Assembly (NCBI GenBank): GCA_964586695.1
Contig: CAZPGQ010000001.1
Location: 5,350-69,349, forward strand
DNA length: 64,000 nucleotides
Direction of reading: 5' to 3'
Source: an uncultured Candidatus Saccharibacteria bacterium
GTDB taxonomy: Bacteria; Patescibacteriota; Minisyncoccia; Phycocordibacterales; DATDWN01
Both the position numbers and the translations under genes were made by a program. Position 1 is the first letter of the stretch. Each line of letters opens with the position of its first letter. Of this stretch, positions 36,810 through 45,608 are shown piece after piece. The notes under the pieces are model-generated. The model worked only from the letters and a program-made list of their open reading frames with translations, was not told the origin of the DNA and did no database searches.

Positions 36810-37226
36810 ATGGAAATTCAATCACCAGTAAAAGTCCAGGACCGAAAAAACTTTGATATTAGATCAGGGGATACTATTCGAGTATGGCAGAAGATTCAAG
36901 AAAAAGACAAGACAAGACTACAGGCTTTTGAAGGCTTGGTTATTGCAGTAAAGCACGGAAAGGAGGCAGGAGCTACTTTCACAGTTCGACGAGTTGCTTC
37001 AGGAGTAGGGGTTGAGAAGATTTTCCCACTATACTCTCCAATTATCGATTCAATCGAAACTCTAAAGAGATCAAAAGTAAGACGGGCAAAGCTATATCAC
37101 GTGCGAGACAAGGCAGCAAAGGAAATCAGACGACAGATGAGAAATATAAGAGCACTTCCAGACAACACTCCAGGAGTAGAAGAAGTAGTAGAGGCTCCAG
37201 CTACAGAAGAAGCAAAAGCAGAATAA
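36810..37226 (+). CDS. rplS: 50S ribosomal protein L19 (with C-terminal extension)
   Basis: FDIRSGDTIRVWQKIQEKDKTRLQAFEGLVIAVKHGK...FTVRRV is the L19 core. Confidence 0.85.
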   Translation: MEIQSPVKVQDRKNFDIRSGDTIRVWQKIQEKDKTRLQAFEGLVIAVKHGKEAGATFTVRRVASGVGVEKIFPLYSPIIDSIETLKRSKVRRAKLYHVRDKAAKEIRRQMRNIRALPDNTPGVEEVVEAPATEEAKAE

Positions 37227-37230
37227 CAAA

Positions 37231-37256
37231 AAACTCCCAAATGGGAGTTTTTTGTT
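37231..37256 (+). terminator. Rho-independent terminator after rplS
   Basis: ACTCCCAAATGGGAGT hairpin followed by TTTTTTG. Confidence 0.65.
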
Positions 37257-37293
37257 TGAAATAATAACTAAACTCCAATATACTGCATCTATT

Positions 37294-37375
37294 GCCCGGG
37301 TGTTGAAATTGGTAGACATTTACCCTTGAGGTGGGTAAGCCGTAAGGTGTGGAGGTTCGAGTCCTCTCCCGGGCA
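37294..37375 (+). tRNA. tRNA-Leu (anticodon GAG), type II
   Basis: Acceptor GCCCGGG/CCCGGGC, D region TGTTGAAATTGGTAGACA, anticodon arm TACCC-TTGAGGT-GGGTA, long variable arm, T arm GGAGG-TTCGAGT-CCTCT, discriminator A. Confidence 0.8.
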
Positions 37376-37385
37376 CATAAAAAAT

Positions 37386-38036
37386 ATGTTTGGCACATTA
37401 GAAACAATATTGATTTCATATTCAGAAAAAATACCGCTGACAGCGTTCGCCTTTATTGCATCAATGGTTGAGGAAGTTGTGGCTCCAATACCATCTCCAG
37501 CTGTAATGATAGTTACGGGTTCCATTGCTTCTGTCCAAGAAAAAGTTTTTTACTATTTACTTGTATTATCAATATTGGGTGCCTTGGGTAAATTAATCGG
37601 AGCGATTTTTGTTTATTATATGGCAGACAAAATAGAAGATTTTTTTGCGGGGGTTGTGGAGAAATTTTTTGGTGTTACACACGAAGATATTGAGTCATTT
37701 GGAAAAAGATTGAGTGGAGGATGGAGAGATTATTTCATAATGTTTTTAATGAGGGCTTTACCAGTTGTACCTAGTTCTCTAGTTTCTATTGGAAGTGGTT
37801 TTTTGAAAATTCCCATGAAAGTTTTTATAGTATCGACTTTTTTGGGCTCAATAGTTAGGGATTTTATTTATATATATTTTGGTTATGCGGGTATTTCGGT
37901 TCTCGGGGCTTTTTTGAAAAAATCAGAATCTATTGAGTCGTTTATTCAGCTTGTTGCACTTATCATCATAATGGCAGGTTTAGTTTACGCATATGCTAAA
38001 AGACGGAAAAAATCTGTAGACACTTCTGTTATCTAG
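37386..38036 (+). CDS. DedA/TVP38 family membrane protein
   Basis: VEEVVAPIPSPAVMIVTG is the DedA motif. Start set at the Met after the tRNA; the track start overlaps the tRNA. Confidence 0.65.
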   Translation: MFGTLETILISYSEKIPLTAFAFIASMVEEVVAPIPSPAVMIVTGSIASVQEKVFYYLLVLSILGALGKLIGAIFVYYMADKIEDFFAGVVEKFFGVTHEDIESFGKRLSGGWRDYFIMFLMRALPVVPSSLVSIGSGFLKIPMKVFIVSTFLGSIVRDFIYIYFGYAGISVLGAFLKKSESIESFIQLVALIIIMAGLVYAYAKRRKKSVDTSVI

Positions 38037-38052
38037 TTATTCTGAATCCAGT

Positions 38053-39321
38053 TTATTTTTTAGAAGGGAGGATTATTTCAGTTGTTGTCCAATCTTTATC
38101 AAATACTGTTTTTAAACATTTGACCACATCAGTGTAGGTAATTTTTTCTCTTTCTTTTAACATAGAAGTTTTTGTTTTAACTTTTCCTGTTTGCCATATG
38201 TGAGATAGAACTTCATCTGTTGATTCTCCCGTGACTTCCTCCATTGATTTAAATCGGTCTATTCGTACTTGTTTCAATGTATTAAATCTTCCTTTTTCTT
38301 TACCAGAATAAATGTCATCAAGTGCTTTCCAGAATTCTGTCTTCACTGTTTCTATAGCCTCTTCTTTTGTTTTCAGATTTGCGCCCCATATTGTAAAGTC
38401 TCTCTGTATATATGAACCAGCACCAACTCCATAACATAATGCTCTCTCAGTACGAAGTCTTTCAAATAAAATATCATATAGAAGACTGGAACTCATAAGT
38501 TCTATTTGTTCGTTCGGACAATCATTGGTTTGCATTACTCTACCAAAAGTTATCTCTACTTGTTCTCTTGGATCACCAATTTCATCACTGTTTTTTACAA
38601 TATACAGCTTTTTTGGTTTTTGGATTTTTCCGAAATCTATTTTTGACTTTTTTGCTTTCGGTGCAAGTTTAATAAATTTTTCTATTTTCTTTAGATCCTT
38701 TTCTTTTATATTTCCTGATATAACAATAAAGAAATTTCCTTTACCGTAGTGGGCTTTGTGCCACTCCTTTATATCTTCCGTCTTTATTTTTTCTACTGTA
38801 TCTGGCCAGCCAAGTGGTGAAGAAGCATTGGCTCGTAGTGTTCCATGAAATGAATTCTCCAAGTCTTCTTTTATATATGAGAGTAATTTTTCATTTTTAA
38901 ATCGTCCCCAAGCTTCTTGAATAATAACTTTTCTTTCATGCTCTACATCTTCAGGTTTTAGGAGGGGATTAAAAATCATGTCAGCCATCCCGTCTAAAAC
39001 AACGTCTAGTTTTTCTGGCAGACATTTTAGGTGATAGTTTGTATTTGTAAAATGTGTCCAAGCATTCCAAGAGCCTAGTGTATTAACTTTTTTCCATTCT
39101 TCTATTATTTTCTTTGTTGGAAGTTTTGGTGAGCCGTCGAAAATAAGATGTTCGAGAAAATGTGAAATTCCTATAGTTTCAGGTTTGTCATTCAGCACTC
39201 CAACATTAAAACAGACGTGAATGTGTACACAGGGGGAGTTGGGAAAGTTTTTATAATACACAGGAACACCGTCTATAACTTTCTTTGAAAAATCGTAAGG
39301 ATCAAATGTTTTATTTGGCAT
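38053..39321 (-). CDS. M16 family zinc metallopeptidase (insulinase/pitrilysin-like)
   Basis: Inverted zinc-binding motif HFLEHLIFDG (HxxEH) near the N-terminus. Two-domain size. Confidence 0.8.
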   Translation of the reverse strand: MPNKTFDPYDFSKKVIDGVPVYYKNFPNSPCVHIHVCFNVGVLNDKPETIGISHFLEHLIFDGSPKLPTKKIIEEWKKVNTLGSWNAWTHFTNTNYHLKCLPEKLDVVLDGMADMIFNPLLKPEDVEHERKVIIQEAWGRFKNEKLLSYIKEDLENSFHGTLRANASSPLGWPDTVEKIKTEDIKEWHKAHYGKGNFFIVISGNIKEKDLKKIEKFIKLAPKAKKSKIDFGKIQKPKKLYIVKNSDEIGDPREQVEITFGRVMQTNDCPNEQIELMSSSLLYDILFERLRTERALCYGVGAGSYIQRDFTIWGANLKTKEEAIETVKTEFWKALDDIYSGKEKGRFNTLKQVRIDRFKSMEEVTGESTDEVLSHIWQTGKVKTKTSMLKEREKITYTDVVKCLKTVFDKDWTTTEIILPSKK

Positions 39322-39437
39322 GAGGTAAGTATATTACCAATTCAAACAATAGAGCAACTTAGGTATACACAAAGTCTTCTGGCTAACTTAGAAACCATCT
39401 TGTTTACCAGCAGGGAAATAAAGTATATAATATTTGC

Positions 39438-39929
39438 ATGGTTATAGTTTCGTGTAAATTATGCAGTAAAGAGTTTGGTGTTAAACCATCCTGGATTAAG
39501 TTGGGTTATGGAAAATATTGTTCTAGAGTTTGTCAGTATGAAGGAAGAAAAAGTGGAAAAGTTATTGCTTGTTCTGTTTGTGGAAAGGAATCATATAAAA
39601 ATAATAAAGCTATAAACGGTTCAAAAAGTGGTAAGTATTTTTGCGGTAAGTCCTGCCAAACTGTTTGGCGAAATGCTGAATTTGTTGGTAAAAAGCATGC
39701 AAATTATATTAACGGAAATGCTTCTTATAAAAGTATATTAGGTAGACATAAAATTCCTAGAATTTGTGGATTATGTGGGACTAGGGATTTAAGAGTTTTG
39801 GCGGTTCATCATATAGATGAAAATCATGTTAATAACGTATTAGAGAATCTAGCTTGGCTTTGCCACAATTGCCATTTTCTAGTGCATCATGATAAGGTAG
39901 AGAAGGCAAGATTTCTTGCCAGCAGGTAG
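39438..39929 (+). CDS. HNH endonuclease with N-terminal Cys-rich zinc-ribbon repeats
   Basis: Four or five CxxC pairs at the N-terminus. C-terminal LAVHHIDENHVNNVLENLAWLCHNCHFLVHH is an HNH motif. A TATATAAT box 7 nt from the ATG. Confidence 0.7.
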   Translation: MVIVSCKLCSKEFGVKPSWIKLGYGKYCSRVCQYEGRKSGKVIACSVCGKESYKNNKAINGSKSGKYFCGKSCQTVWRNAEFVGKKHANYINGNASYKSILGRHKIPRICGLCGTRDLRVLAVHHIDENHVNNVLENLAWLCHNCHFLVHHDKVEKARFLASR

Positions 39930-39933
39930 ACAT

Positions 39934-40007
39934 GGTGGCTATAGTGTAGCGGCTCTGCACGAAAGTTTGTGGAACTTTAAGTTCCGGTTCGACCCCGGAT
40001 AGCCACC
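39934..40007 (+). tRNA. tRNA-His (anticodon GTG) with encoded G-1 and C73
   Basis: G-1 then GTGGCTA/TAGCCAC acceptor. Anticodon arm AAAGT-TTGTGGA-ACTTT. T arm CCGGTTCGACCCCGG. Discriminator C. No CCA. Confidence 0.8.
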
Positions 40008-40078
40008 CTGCGATGAATTTCTCTAAAAAATCCTTACCGAGTAAGGATTTTTTAGTTCTATCTTGGTATACTTTTGGC

Positions 40079-40603
40079 ATGAAACAATCCATCTTAATTG
40101 CGGGAATAAGTGGGTCAGGAAAATCGGAAGTTAGCCGAAGATTAAAGAATTCTGGTTATGAGACTTGTGATATGGATAGCATGGAGGGGTTATGCTTAAT
40201 GGTTGATAAAAAAACTGGACTACCTACTCCATATGATAATGATAATGATCTGGAAAAAATTGAAAAAATGTATTGGCTTTATAAAAAAGACAAATTGGAA
40301 GAATTAATTATTAGTCAAAAAAGTGAACTGGTTTTTTATTGCGGAGCACCAAATAACTTAGAAGAAATAGTATCTTTATTTAATAAAGTAATTTTGTTAG
40401 TTGCTAATCCAGATATTATTCGACAAAGATTGGTGGATAGGAAAGATAATGGATTCGGGAAGTCGATTGAAGTCCAAAATTATATATTGGAGAGAAAGGA
40501 AAAAATTGAACAGAGTCTTGTGGCACAAGGTGCTTTGGTTGTGGATGCAAATCAAGACATAGAGGTCGTTGTACAGAAAGTGATTGAATTTTCTAGAGTC
40601 TAG
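40079..40603 (+). CDS. P-loop NTPase / small nucleoside(-monophosphate) kinase-like protein
   Basis: Walker A ILIAGISGSGKSEV and a Walker B-like LLVANPD. 174 aa. Specific substrate not assignable. Confidence 0.5.
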   Translation: MKQSILIAGISGSGKSEVSRRLKNSGYETCDMDSMEGLCLMVDKKTGLPTPYDNDNDLEKIEKMYWLYKKDKLEELIISQKSELVFYCGAPNNLEEIVSLFNKVILLVANPDIIRQRLVDRKDNGFGKSIEVQNYILERKEKIEQSLVAQGALVVDANQDIEVVVQKVIEFSRV

Positions 40604-40680
40604 TACAAGATTGAAAATCAGGAATGTTGATTGTGGCGTCATTTTTAAGCTCAAACACAGTTCTAACTTCCTCTACTACG

Positions 40681-40732
40681 CCACCCCAGATACAACAACC
40701 CGCGCAAGCGGGCTTTGTTGTATCTGGGGTGG
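40681..40732. repeat. 52-nt near-perfect hairpin (18-bp outer arms enclosing a CCCGC-GCAA-GCGGG inner stem) at the left edge of GC-rich cassette 2
   Basis: CCACCCCAGATACAACAA-CCCGCGCAAGCGGGCT-TTGTTGTATCTGGGGTGG. No flanking T-run on either strand, so it is not a classical terminator. Confidence 0.6.
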
Positions 40733-40805
40733 CTATGGAAATGTTTAGAGTTTCATTTATATTTTGTGACCTTTATAAAATGTTTTATTTAGGTGTTCAA
40801 TACTA

Positions 40806-40834
40806 TTGACAAATGTCATTTTTTTTGTTATTAA
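40806..40834 (+). promoter_or_regulatory. Near-consensus sigma70 promoter (TTGACA, 17 nt spacer, TATTAA) driving GC-rich cassette 2
   Basis: TTGACA at 40806-40811 and TATTAA at 40829-40834. GGAGG RBS at 40861-40865, 6 nt before the ATG at 40872. Confidence 0.5.
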
Positions 40835-40871
40835 ACTAGGTAGAGCCAATCCTGGCTACTGGAGGTTTGTA

Positions 40872-41732
40872 ATGCAGAAGTATGTGCTGATTTTTGCCGT
40901 AGTTTGCTCGCTGTTCCTTGTCGGTTGTGGCGGAGGGAACCCCTCAGCCCCGACACGTGGGACAATCACGTCGATCGTTGGGGGGCAACCTTCCAACGAG
41001 ATCGCTGGTCCAATCCGTCCCACGGTCCAACCATGGACGGTGGAACTGAGGGGAGGGCAGGCTGGGAAAGTCTGCTCGGGCCCAGCCAACAACCTCGACA
41101 GCCAGCCTTCGAGGTATATCATCAGGGTTGCTGATGCAGGTCCAGTTGAGTGGGAGCCGTTGGGTTTCGTACACTACAGCACGCATCCGGGGTGCGAACC
41201 GACGGTGGAAAACCCATCACCGTTGGAGGTCATTGGGCAGACAACTTTCCTAGCCCACAGCAGTGGGGAATTCACAGTCCCAACTAAGGGGGAAGGTCTA
41301 AGCTGTGGGCGCGTCCAGTTGGACGTGCAAGGCTTCGACAAGAAGACAAGGAAGCCAATTCCCGAACTCTTTTTTGTTGGCGTTGTGTTTGACTCGGGCA
41401 AGGAATGCCCGAGACCAGAGCCAAAGGTGGAAGAGATCCCACCTCCTTGTGTGGTGGGGGATGTCTCTGTAATTCGTGTTGGGGAAGATATCTTGTCCCC
41501 AACTGGACTGACTGTCCGACGGGCCGTCAAATTCAGCGGAAGTGGAGCCGTCACAGTAAACTGGGGAGACGGGTCGCCATCACAGACGGTAATGACCGGA
41601 GCGGTCATTACCCATGTGTTTCTAAGGCCAGTGAAGAACACTGGCCCAGACTTTAGGGAGTATGTCATCTCCCTCTCAGGGTGCGGTAAGACTGTCACAC
41701 AGTTTGCCGTTAGGGTGACCCAAACTCAGTAA
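40872..41732 (+). CDS. GC-rich (about 58% GC) lipoprotein of unknown function
   Basis: Signal peptide with lipobox MQKYVLIFAVVCSLFLVGCGGG. Gly/Pro-rich beta-type sequence with 8 Cys. Composition is sharply different from the flanks. The ORFs on other frames and strands here are GC artefacts. The track start at 40806 is the TTG inside the -35 box. Confidence 0.55.
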   Translation: MQKYVLIFAVVCSLFLVGCGGGNPSAPTRGTITSIVGGQPSNEIAGPIRPTVQPWTVELRGGQAGKVCSGPANNLDSQPSRYIIRVADAGPVEWEPLGFVHYSTHPGCEPTVENPSPLEVIGQTTFLAHSSGEFTVPTKGEGLSCGRVQLDVQGFDKKTRKPIPELFFVGVVFDSGKECPRPEPKVEEIPPPCVVGDVSVIRVGEDILSPTGLTVRRAVKFSGSGAVTVNWGDGSPSQTVMTGAVITHVFLRPVKNTGPDFREYVISLSGCGKTVTQFAVRVTQTQ

Positions 41733-41751
41733 TCTTGGGATTGGGGTTGAG

Positions 41752-41785
41752 GGCAGGCGCGACAAGCGTCTGCCTCTCTTTTTAT
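41752..41785 (+). terminator. Strong rho-independent terminator closing GC-rich cassette 2
   Basis: GGCAGGCG-CGACAAG-CGTCTGCC (8 bp with one G-U) followed by TCTCTTTTTAT. Confidence 0.65.
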
Positions 41786-41886
41786 ATAAAAATAATTATC
41801 ACACCTCTATAATTTTATTATAAATAAGATAAGACTATCTTATCTGTGCTATAATGGCCATCTGATTATCAATAGCCATTAAACGA

Positions 41887-42381
41887 ATGTACACAAAAGA
41901 AAATTTAAAAGCTTCTATTACTCACGAAATAAACGTTATCAAGCATTTATTTTCAAAGATACCAGAAGGTCAGATGGGATATAAGCCAACAGAAAAGCAG
42001 AGAACAATGCTTGAGCTTTTGAAATATTTATGTGCTCTTACTCCTGCAACTGTTGAGATGGTCTATACTGCAGAACCAAAAGTTTTTATGGATATTCAGA
42101 AAACAGCAACAGAGACAGTCACAGCAGAAAATTTTATAGAAAAGCTAGATATGGGTGCAACAGAAGCTATGGCTACCTTGGATAAGTTTACAGAAGAGGA
42201 TTTGGCTACAGTTGTAAATATTTTTGGTATGGGAGATAAAACAAAAGGAGTTTACCTTGTTGATACTATTGTAAAATGGCTCGCTGCATACAAACTTCAG
42301 TTATTCCTTTACATTAAGTCATCTGGGAATACTGATATTGGAACTAGTAATGCGTGGGGTGGTTTTGATCAGGAAAAATAA
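41887..42381 (+). CDS. Hypothetical helical protein (possibly DinB/YfiT-like four-helix bundle)
   Basis: All-helical 164-aa protein. A 19-nt perfect palindrome AGATAAGACTATCTTATCT overlaps its putative -35 region at about 41812-41830. The family call is weak. Confidence 0.3.
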   Translation: MYTKENLKASITHEINVIKHLFSKIPEGQMGYKPTEKQRTMLELLKYLCALTPATVEMVYTAEPKVFMDIQKTATETVTAENFIEKLDMGATEAMATLDKFTEEDLATVVNIFGMGDKTKGVYLVDTIVKWLAAYKLQLFLYIKSSGNTDIGTSNAWGGFDQEK

Positions 42382-42387
42382 TTTTGT

Positions 42388-44130
42388 ATGGAAATACTCT
42401 GGAAATACTTAAAAAAATATTGGCAACTTTGTTTGCTTGTTTTGGTGCTAGCAAGTATCAATCAGGTATTTTCTCTACTTGATCCATACATATTTCGGCA
42501 CGTCATAGATAACTATGCGACAAAGTTTGACCAATACACGCTCCCACAGTTTTTCCGAGGAGTATCATATTTGTTACTGCTTGCTGTTGGCGTGGCATTT
42601 GTTTCTAGAACAGCAAAAAACTTCCAGGACTATTATCTAAATAATATTACTCAGAGACTTGGTGCAGAACTGTATGCAGATGGCGTAAAACATTCTCTTG
42701 CCTTACCTTACGAAGTTTTCGAAGACCAAAGAAGTGGGGAAACACTAAACCTTTTACAAAAAGCGAGACTTGATTCAGAGAAACTCATAAACGCGGCAAT
42801 AAACGTGACATTTGTTTCTCTAGTTGGCTTTATCTTCGTGACAATTTACTCGATAAACCTTTACTGGGGGATTGCGGTAGCATATGGTCTAACCATTCCT
42901 ATTATTGGTAGTGTAAGTTATTTTTTGAGTAAGAAAGTAAAGGATATACAACAAAAAATAATAGTAGAGACTTCAGCACTTGCTGGTTCTACAACGGAGT
43001 CACTCCGAAATATTGAGTTAGTAAAAAGTTTGGGACTTTCCGAGCAGGAGATAGGACGACTGAACTTAACAACAAAAAGAATTTTGGAATTAGAATTGAA
43101 AAAACTTCGATATGTAAGAAGTATAAGTTTTATACAGGGAACTATAATAAACTTTCTTCGAACATCTATACTTTTGTTTATGATGGTTTTGGTTTTTCTA
43201 AAGATAATTACATTCGGAGAATTTTTCTCATTGTTTGTTTATTCGTTCTTTATCTTTGGCCCGCTACAGGAAATAGGTACAGTAATAAATACATACAGAG
43301 AAGCAGAAGCATCTTTGGCTAGGTATAAAACCATTTTGGATATGCCTATAGAAAAGATTCCAGAAAACCCAATTGGTCTTGAGAATGTTGAATCAATAGA
43401 GTTTGATAAAGTTTCTTTCTCATATAAAAGTGCAAAAACTACTGCAGTTGAAAACGTTTCTTTCGAGGTAAAGAAGGGTGAGACTATCGCATTTGTCGGT
43501 CCGTCAGGCTCAGGAAAAACTTCTGTAGTAAAACTTATTGTCGGTCTATATAAGCCAGTTTTGGGAAATATTTTGTATAACAAAAAACCAATACAGGATA
43601 TAAGTATAAAAGATTTGCGATCTCAGATTGGTTTTGTGACACAGGACACTCAATTATTTGCCGGCTCAATAAAAGAAAATTTATTGTTTGTTAACCCAGA
43701 CGCAACAGATGAAGAATGTTTAGATGTCTTGCATAAGAGTGCTTGTGATTCACTTTTGGCACGTGCAGACAAAGGTATTGATACTGTAATAGGTGAGGGT
43801 GGGGTGAAAATATCTGGTGGGGAGAAACAAAGACTTTCTATTGCTAGGGCGCTTTTGCGAAAGCCAACTCTTTTGGTTTTTGATGAAGCTACGTCTTCTT
43901 TGGACTCTATAACAGAAGAGGAAATAACAAAAACAGTTCGTGACGTGACAGCAACAAAGGAACATATCACAGTTCTGGTTGCTCATAGACTTTCTACTGT
44001 AATGCACGCAGACAAAATATATGTTTTGGAAAAAGGTGTTGTTGCAGAACATGGAACCCACTCTGACTTGTTGGAACAAAAAGGTTTGTACTACGCGATG
44101 TGGAGACAGCAGATTGGTGAGCGGGTTTAG
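42388..44130 (+). CDS. ABC exporter, fused permease-ATPase (MsbA/ABCB-type)
   Basis: Six-TM N-terminal domain. Walker A GPSGSGKTS, signature LSGGEKQRLSIARALL, Walker B LLVFDEATSSLD and an H-loop. Confidence 0.85.
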   Translation: MEILWKYLKKYWQLCLLVLVLASINQVFSLLDPYIFRHVIDNYATKFDQYTLPQFFRGVSYLLLLAVGVAFVSRTAKNFQDYYLNNITQRLGAELYADGVKHSLALPYEVFEDQRSGETLNLLQKARLDSEKLINAAINVTFVSLVGFIFVTIYSINLYWGIAVAYGLTIPIIGSVSYFLSKKVKDIQQKIIVETSALAGSTTESLRNIELVKSLGLSEQEIGRLNLTTKRILELELKKLRYVRSISFIQGTIINFLRTSILLFMMVLVFLKIITFGEFFSLFVYSFFIFGPLQEIGTVINTYREAEASLARYKTILDMPIEKIPENPIGLENVESIEFDKVSFSYKSAKTTAVENVSFEVKKGETIAFVGPSGSGKTSVVKLIVGLYKPVLGNILYNKKPIQDISIKDLRSQIGFVTQDTQLFAGSIKENLLFVNPDATDEECLDVLHKSACDSLLARADKGIDTVIGEGGVKISGGEKQRLSIARALLRKPTLLVFDEATSSLDSITEEEITKTVRDVTATKEHITVLVAHRLSTVMHADKIYVLEKGVVAEHGTHSDLLEQKGLYYAMWRQQIGERV

Positions 44131-44148
44131 TTGCTGTATAGTTAATGT

Positions 44149-45018
44149 ATGGAAATACTTGTAACTAAAAAATCTAAAGACTACGAACTCTTGGATAGTG
44201 GGGAAGGTCAAAAACTAGAAAGGTACGGTGAGTATGTTTTGGCTAGACCAGACACACAGGCTATTTGGCAAAGGAAATTGGGAAATAGTGAATGGGAAAA
44301 AGCTGATGCTATTTTTTCGCATGGGGCAAAGTCTGGAAAATGGAATGCCAAAGGAAAAATTAAAGAAAATTGGCTAGTTAATTTAAATGATGTTGTTTTT
44401 AGCTTGGAATTATTACCATCAAAACATTTGGGTGTTTTTCCAGAGCAATCTTCTCAGTGGTCTTGGATTGAAGACAAAATTAAATCTAGAATTAGTTCTG
44501 GTCAGAAAGTAAAAGTTTTGAATCTTTTTGGTTATACAGGAGGAGCGAGTCTTGTTTCTGCTAAAGCTGGCGCAGAAGTGGTTCATATCGATGCGTCGAA
44601 ATTTGCTGTAGATTTGGCCCAGAAAAATTTAAAATCATCAAACCTTGGAGAAAAGTCTGTAAGATTTATTGTAGATGACGTGAGAAAATTTGTTGAAAGA
44701 GAAATAAAGAGGGGAAGTAAATATGATGTAGTTCTTATGGACCCACCAGTCTACGGCAAGGGCGCTAAAAAGGAAGTTTGGAAAATAGAAGAAGATCTGT
44801 CTCCATTTCTTTCAAAAATAAGCAAAATAATTTCACCCGACCCACTTGCTATTGTGTTAAACGGTTATGCTTCTGTGTATTCTGCTCAGACATACAAAAA
44901 TTTGTTGGAAAATTCTTTTGGCAGTTTGGGAGGGAAGATTTCGTTTGGAGAAATGTCTATCGAGGAGTCTTCTGGAAGACTTCTTCCGTGCGGTATATTT
45001 GCTAGATGGTCAAAATAA
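44149..45018 (+). CDS. Class I SAM-dependent methyltransferase (RlmI/RlmK-like rRNA methyltransferase fold)
   Basis: VLNLFGYTGGASLVSA SAM motif I, DASKFAV, and YDVVLMDPP motif IV. Confidence 0.7.
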   Translation: MEILVTKKSKDYELLDSGEGQKLERYGEYVLARPDTQAIWQRKLGNSEWEKADAIFSHGAKSGKWNAKGKIKENWLVNLNDVVFSLELLPSKHLGVFPEQSSQWSWIEDKIKSRISSGQKVKVLNLFGYTGGASLVSAKAGAEVVHIDASKFAVDLAQKNLKSSNLGEKSVRFIVDDVRKFVEREIKRGSKYDVVLMDPPVYGKGAKKEVWKIEEDLSPFLSKISKIISPDPLAIVLNGYASVYSAQTYKNLLENSFGSLGGKISFGEMSIEESSGRLLPCGIFARWSK

Positions 45019-45019
45019 A

Positions 45020-45550
45020 ATGAACTTTATAGATATTAATGTTAAGAACTATTTTGATTTAAGTAGAACTTCTGGTCTAACAGAATATATGTATCTTTTG
45101 ACGAATCTTTTTGACGTTTCTGTTTATTCCGCGATGGTCTTTATATGTTTTGCTATTCTAATCTATCTTTTTAGGGGAATCAGATACGCAGTATTTTTTA
45201 TGACGACTTTAGTTTCTACCGCTGTTCTAGTTTATATTCTCAAAGTTATTTTTGACGTCTCTCGTCCTGACGGCGGGGTTATGTTTGCTTTTGGTCAAAG
45301 CTTCCCAAGCTTTCACGCAACTGCTTCCGCTGTATTTTTTATAATTTTGATCTACATTTTCGACGATTATTTGAAGTCATCTGTCCGTTTTGTGTTCAAC
45401 TTTTTATGTATATTTATGATTTTTGCCGTTTCCTTTTCTAGGATTTACCTAGGAGTACACTGGTTTAGTGATGTATTTGTGGGGGTGATTTTGGGTGGAG
45501 CCATAGTCTATGTATCAATAGGTATTTTTAGGAGATTCAGCTTGCTGTAA
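45020..45550 (+). CDS. PAP2 family phosphatase (undecaprenyl-diphosphatase-like membrane protein)
   Basis: KVIFDVSRP (KxxxxxxRP), PSFH (PSGH-like) and SRIYLGVHWFSD (SRxxxxxHxxxD) motifs. Start at the ATG at 45020, just after the upstream stop. Confidence 0.75.
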   Translation: MNFIDINVKNYFDLSRTSGLTEYMYLLTNLFDVSVYSAMVFICFAILIYLFRGIRYAVFFMTTLVSTAVLVYILKVIFDVSRPDGGVMFAFGQSFPSFHATASAVFFIILIYIFDDYLKSSVRFVFNFLCIFMIFAVSFSRIYLGVHWFSDVFVGVILGGAIVYVSIGIFRRFSLL

Positions 45551-45608
45551 GAAAACTGTGATAGAATAGTCTAATACAAATATAGGATTATAATTTAATA
45601 ATATTTTT

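Noticed and set aside
37092-37525. Three minus-strand ORFs (37092-37319, 37201-37419, 37289-37525)
   Set aside because: They overlap rplS, tRNA-Leu and the DedA gene start, and show low-complexity antisense translation.
40681-40732. Long hairpin as a classical intrinsic terminator for the P-loop kinase gene
   Set aside because: There is no T-run on either side. It is kept as a structural repeat or possible recombination site instead.
40856-41698. Multiple ORFs in other frames and on the other strand across GC-rich cassette 2
   Set aside because: Same GC artefact as above. Only the lipoprotein frame has an RBS and a signal peptide.
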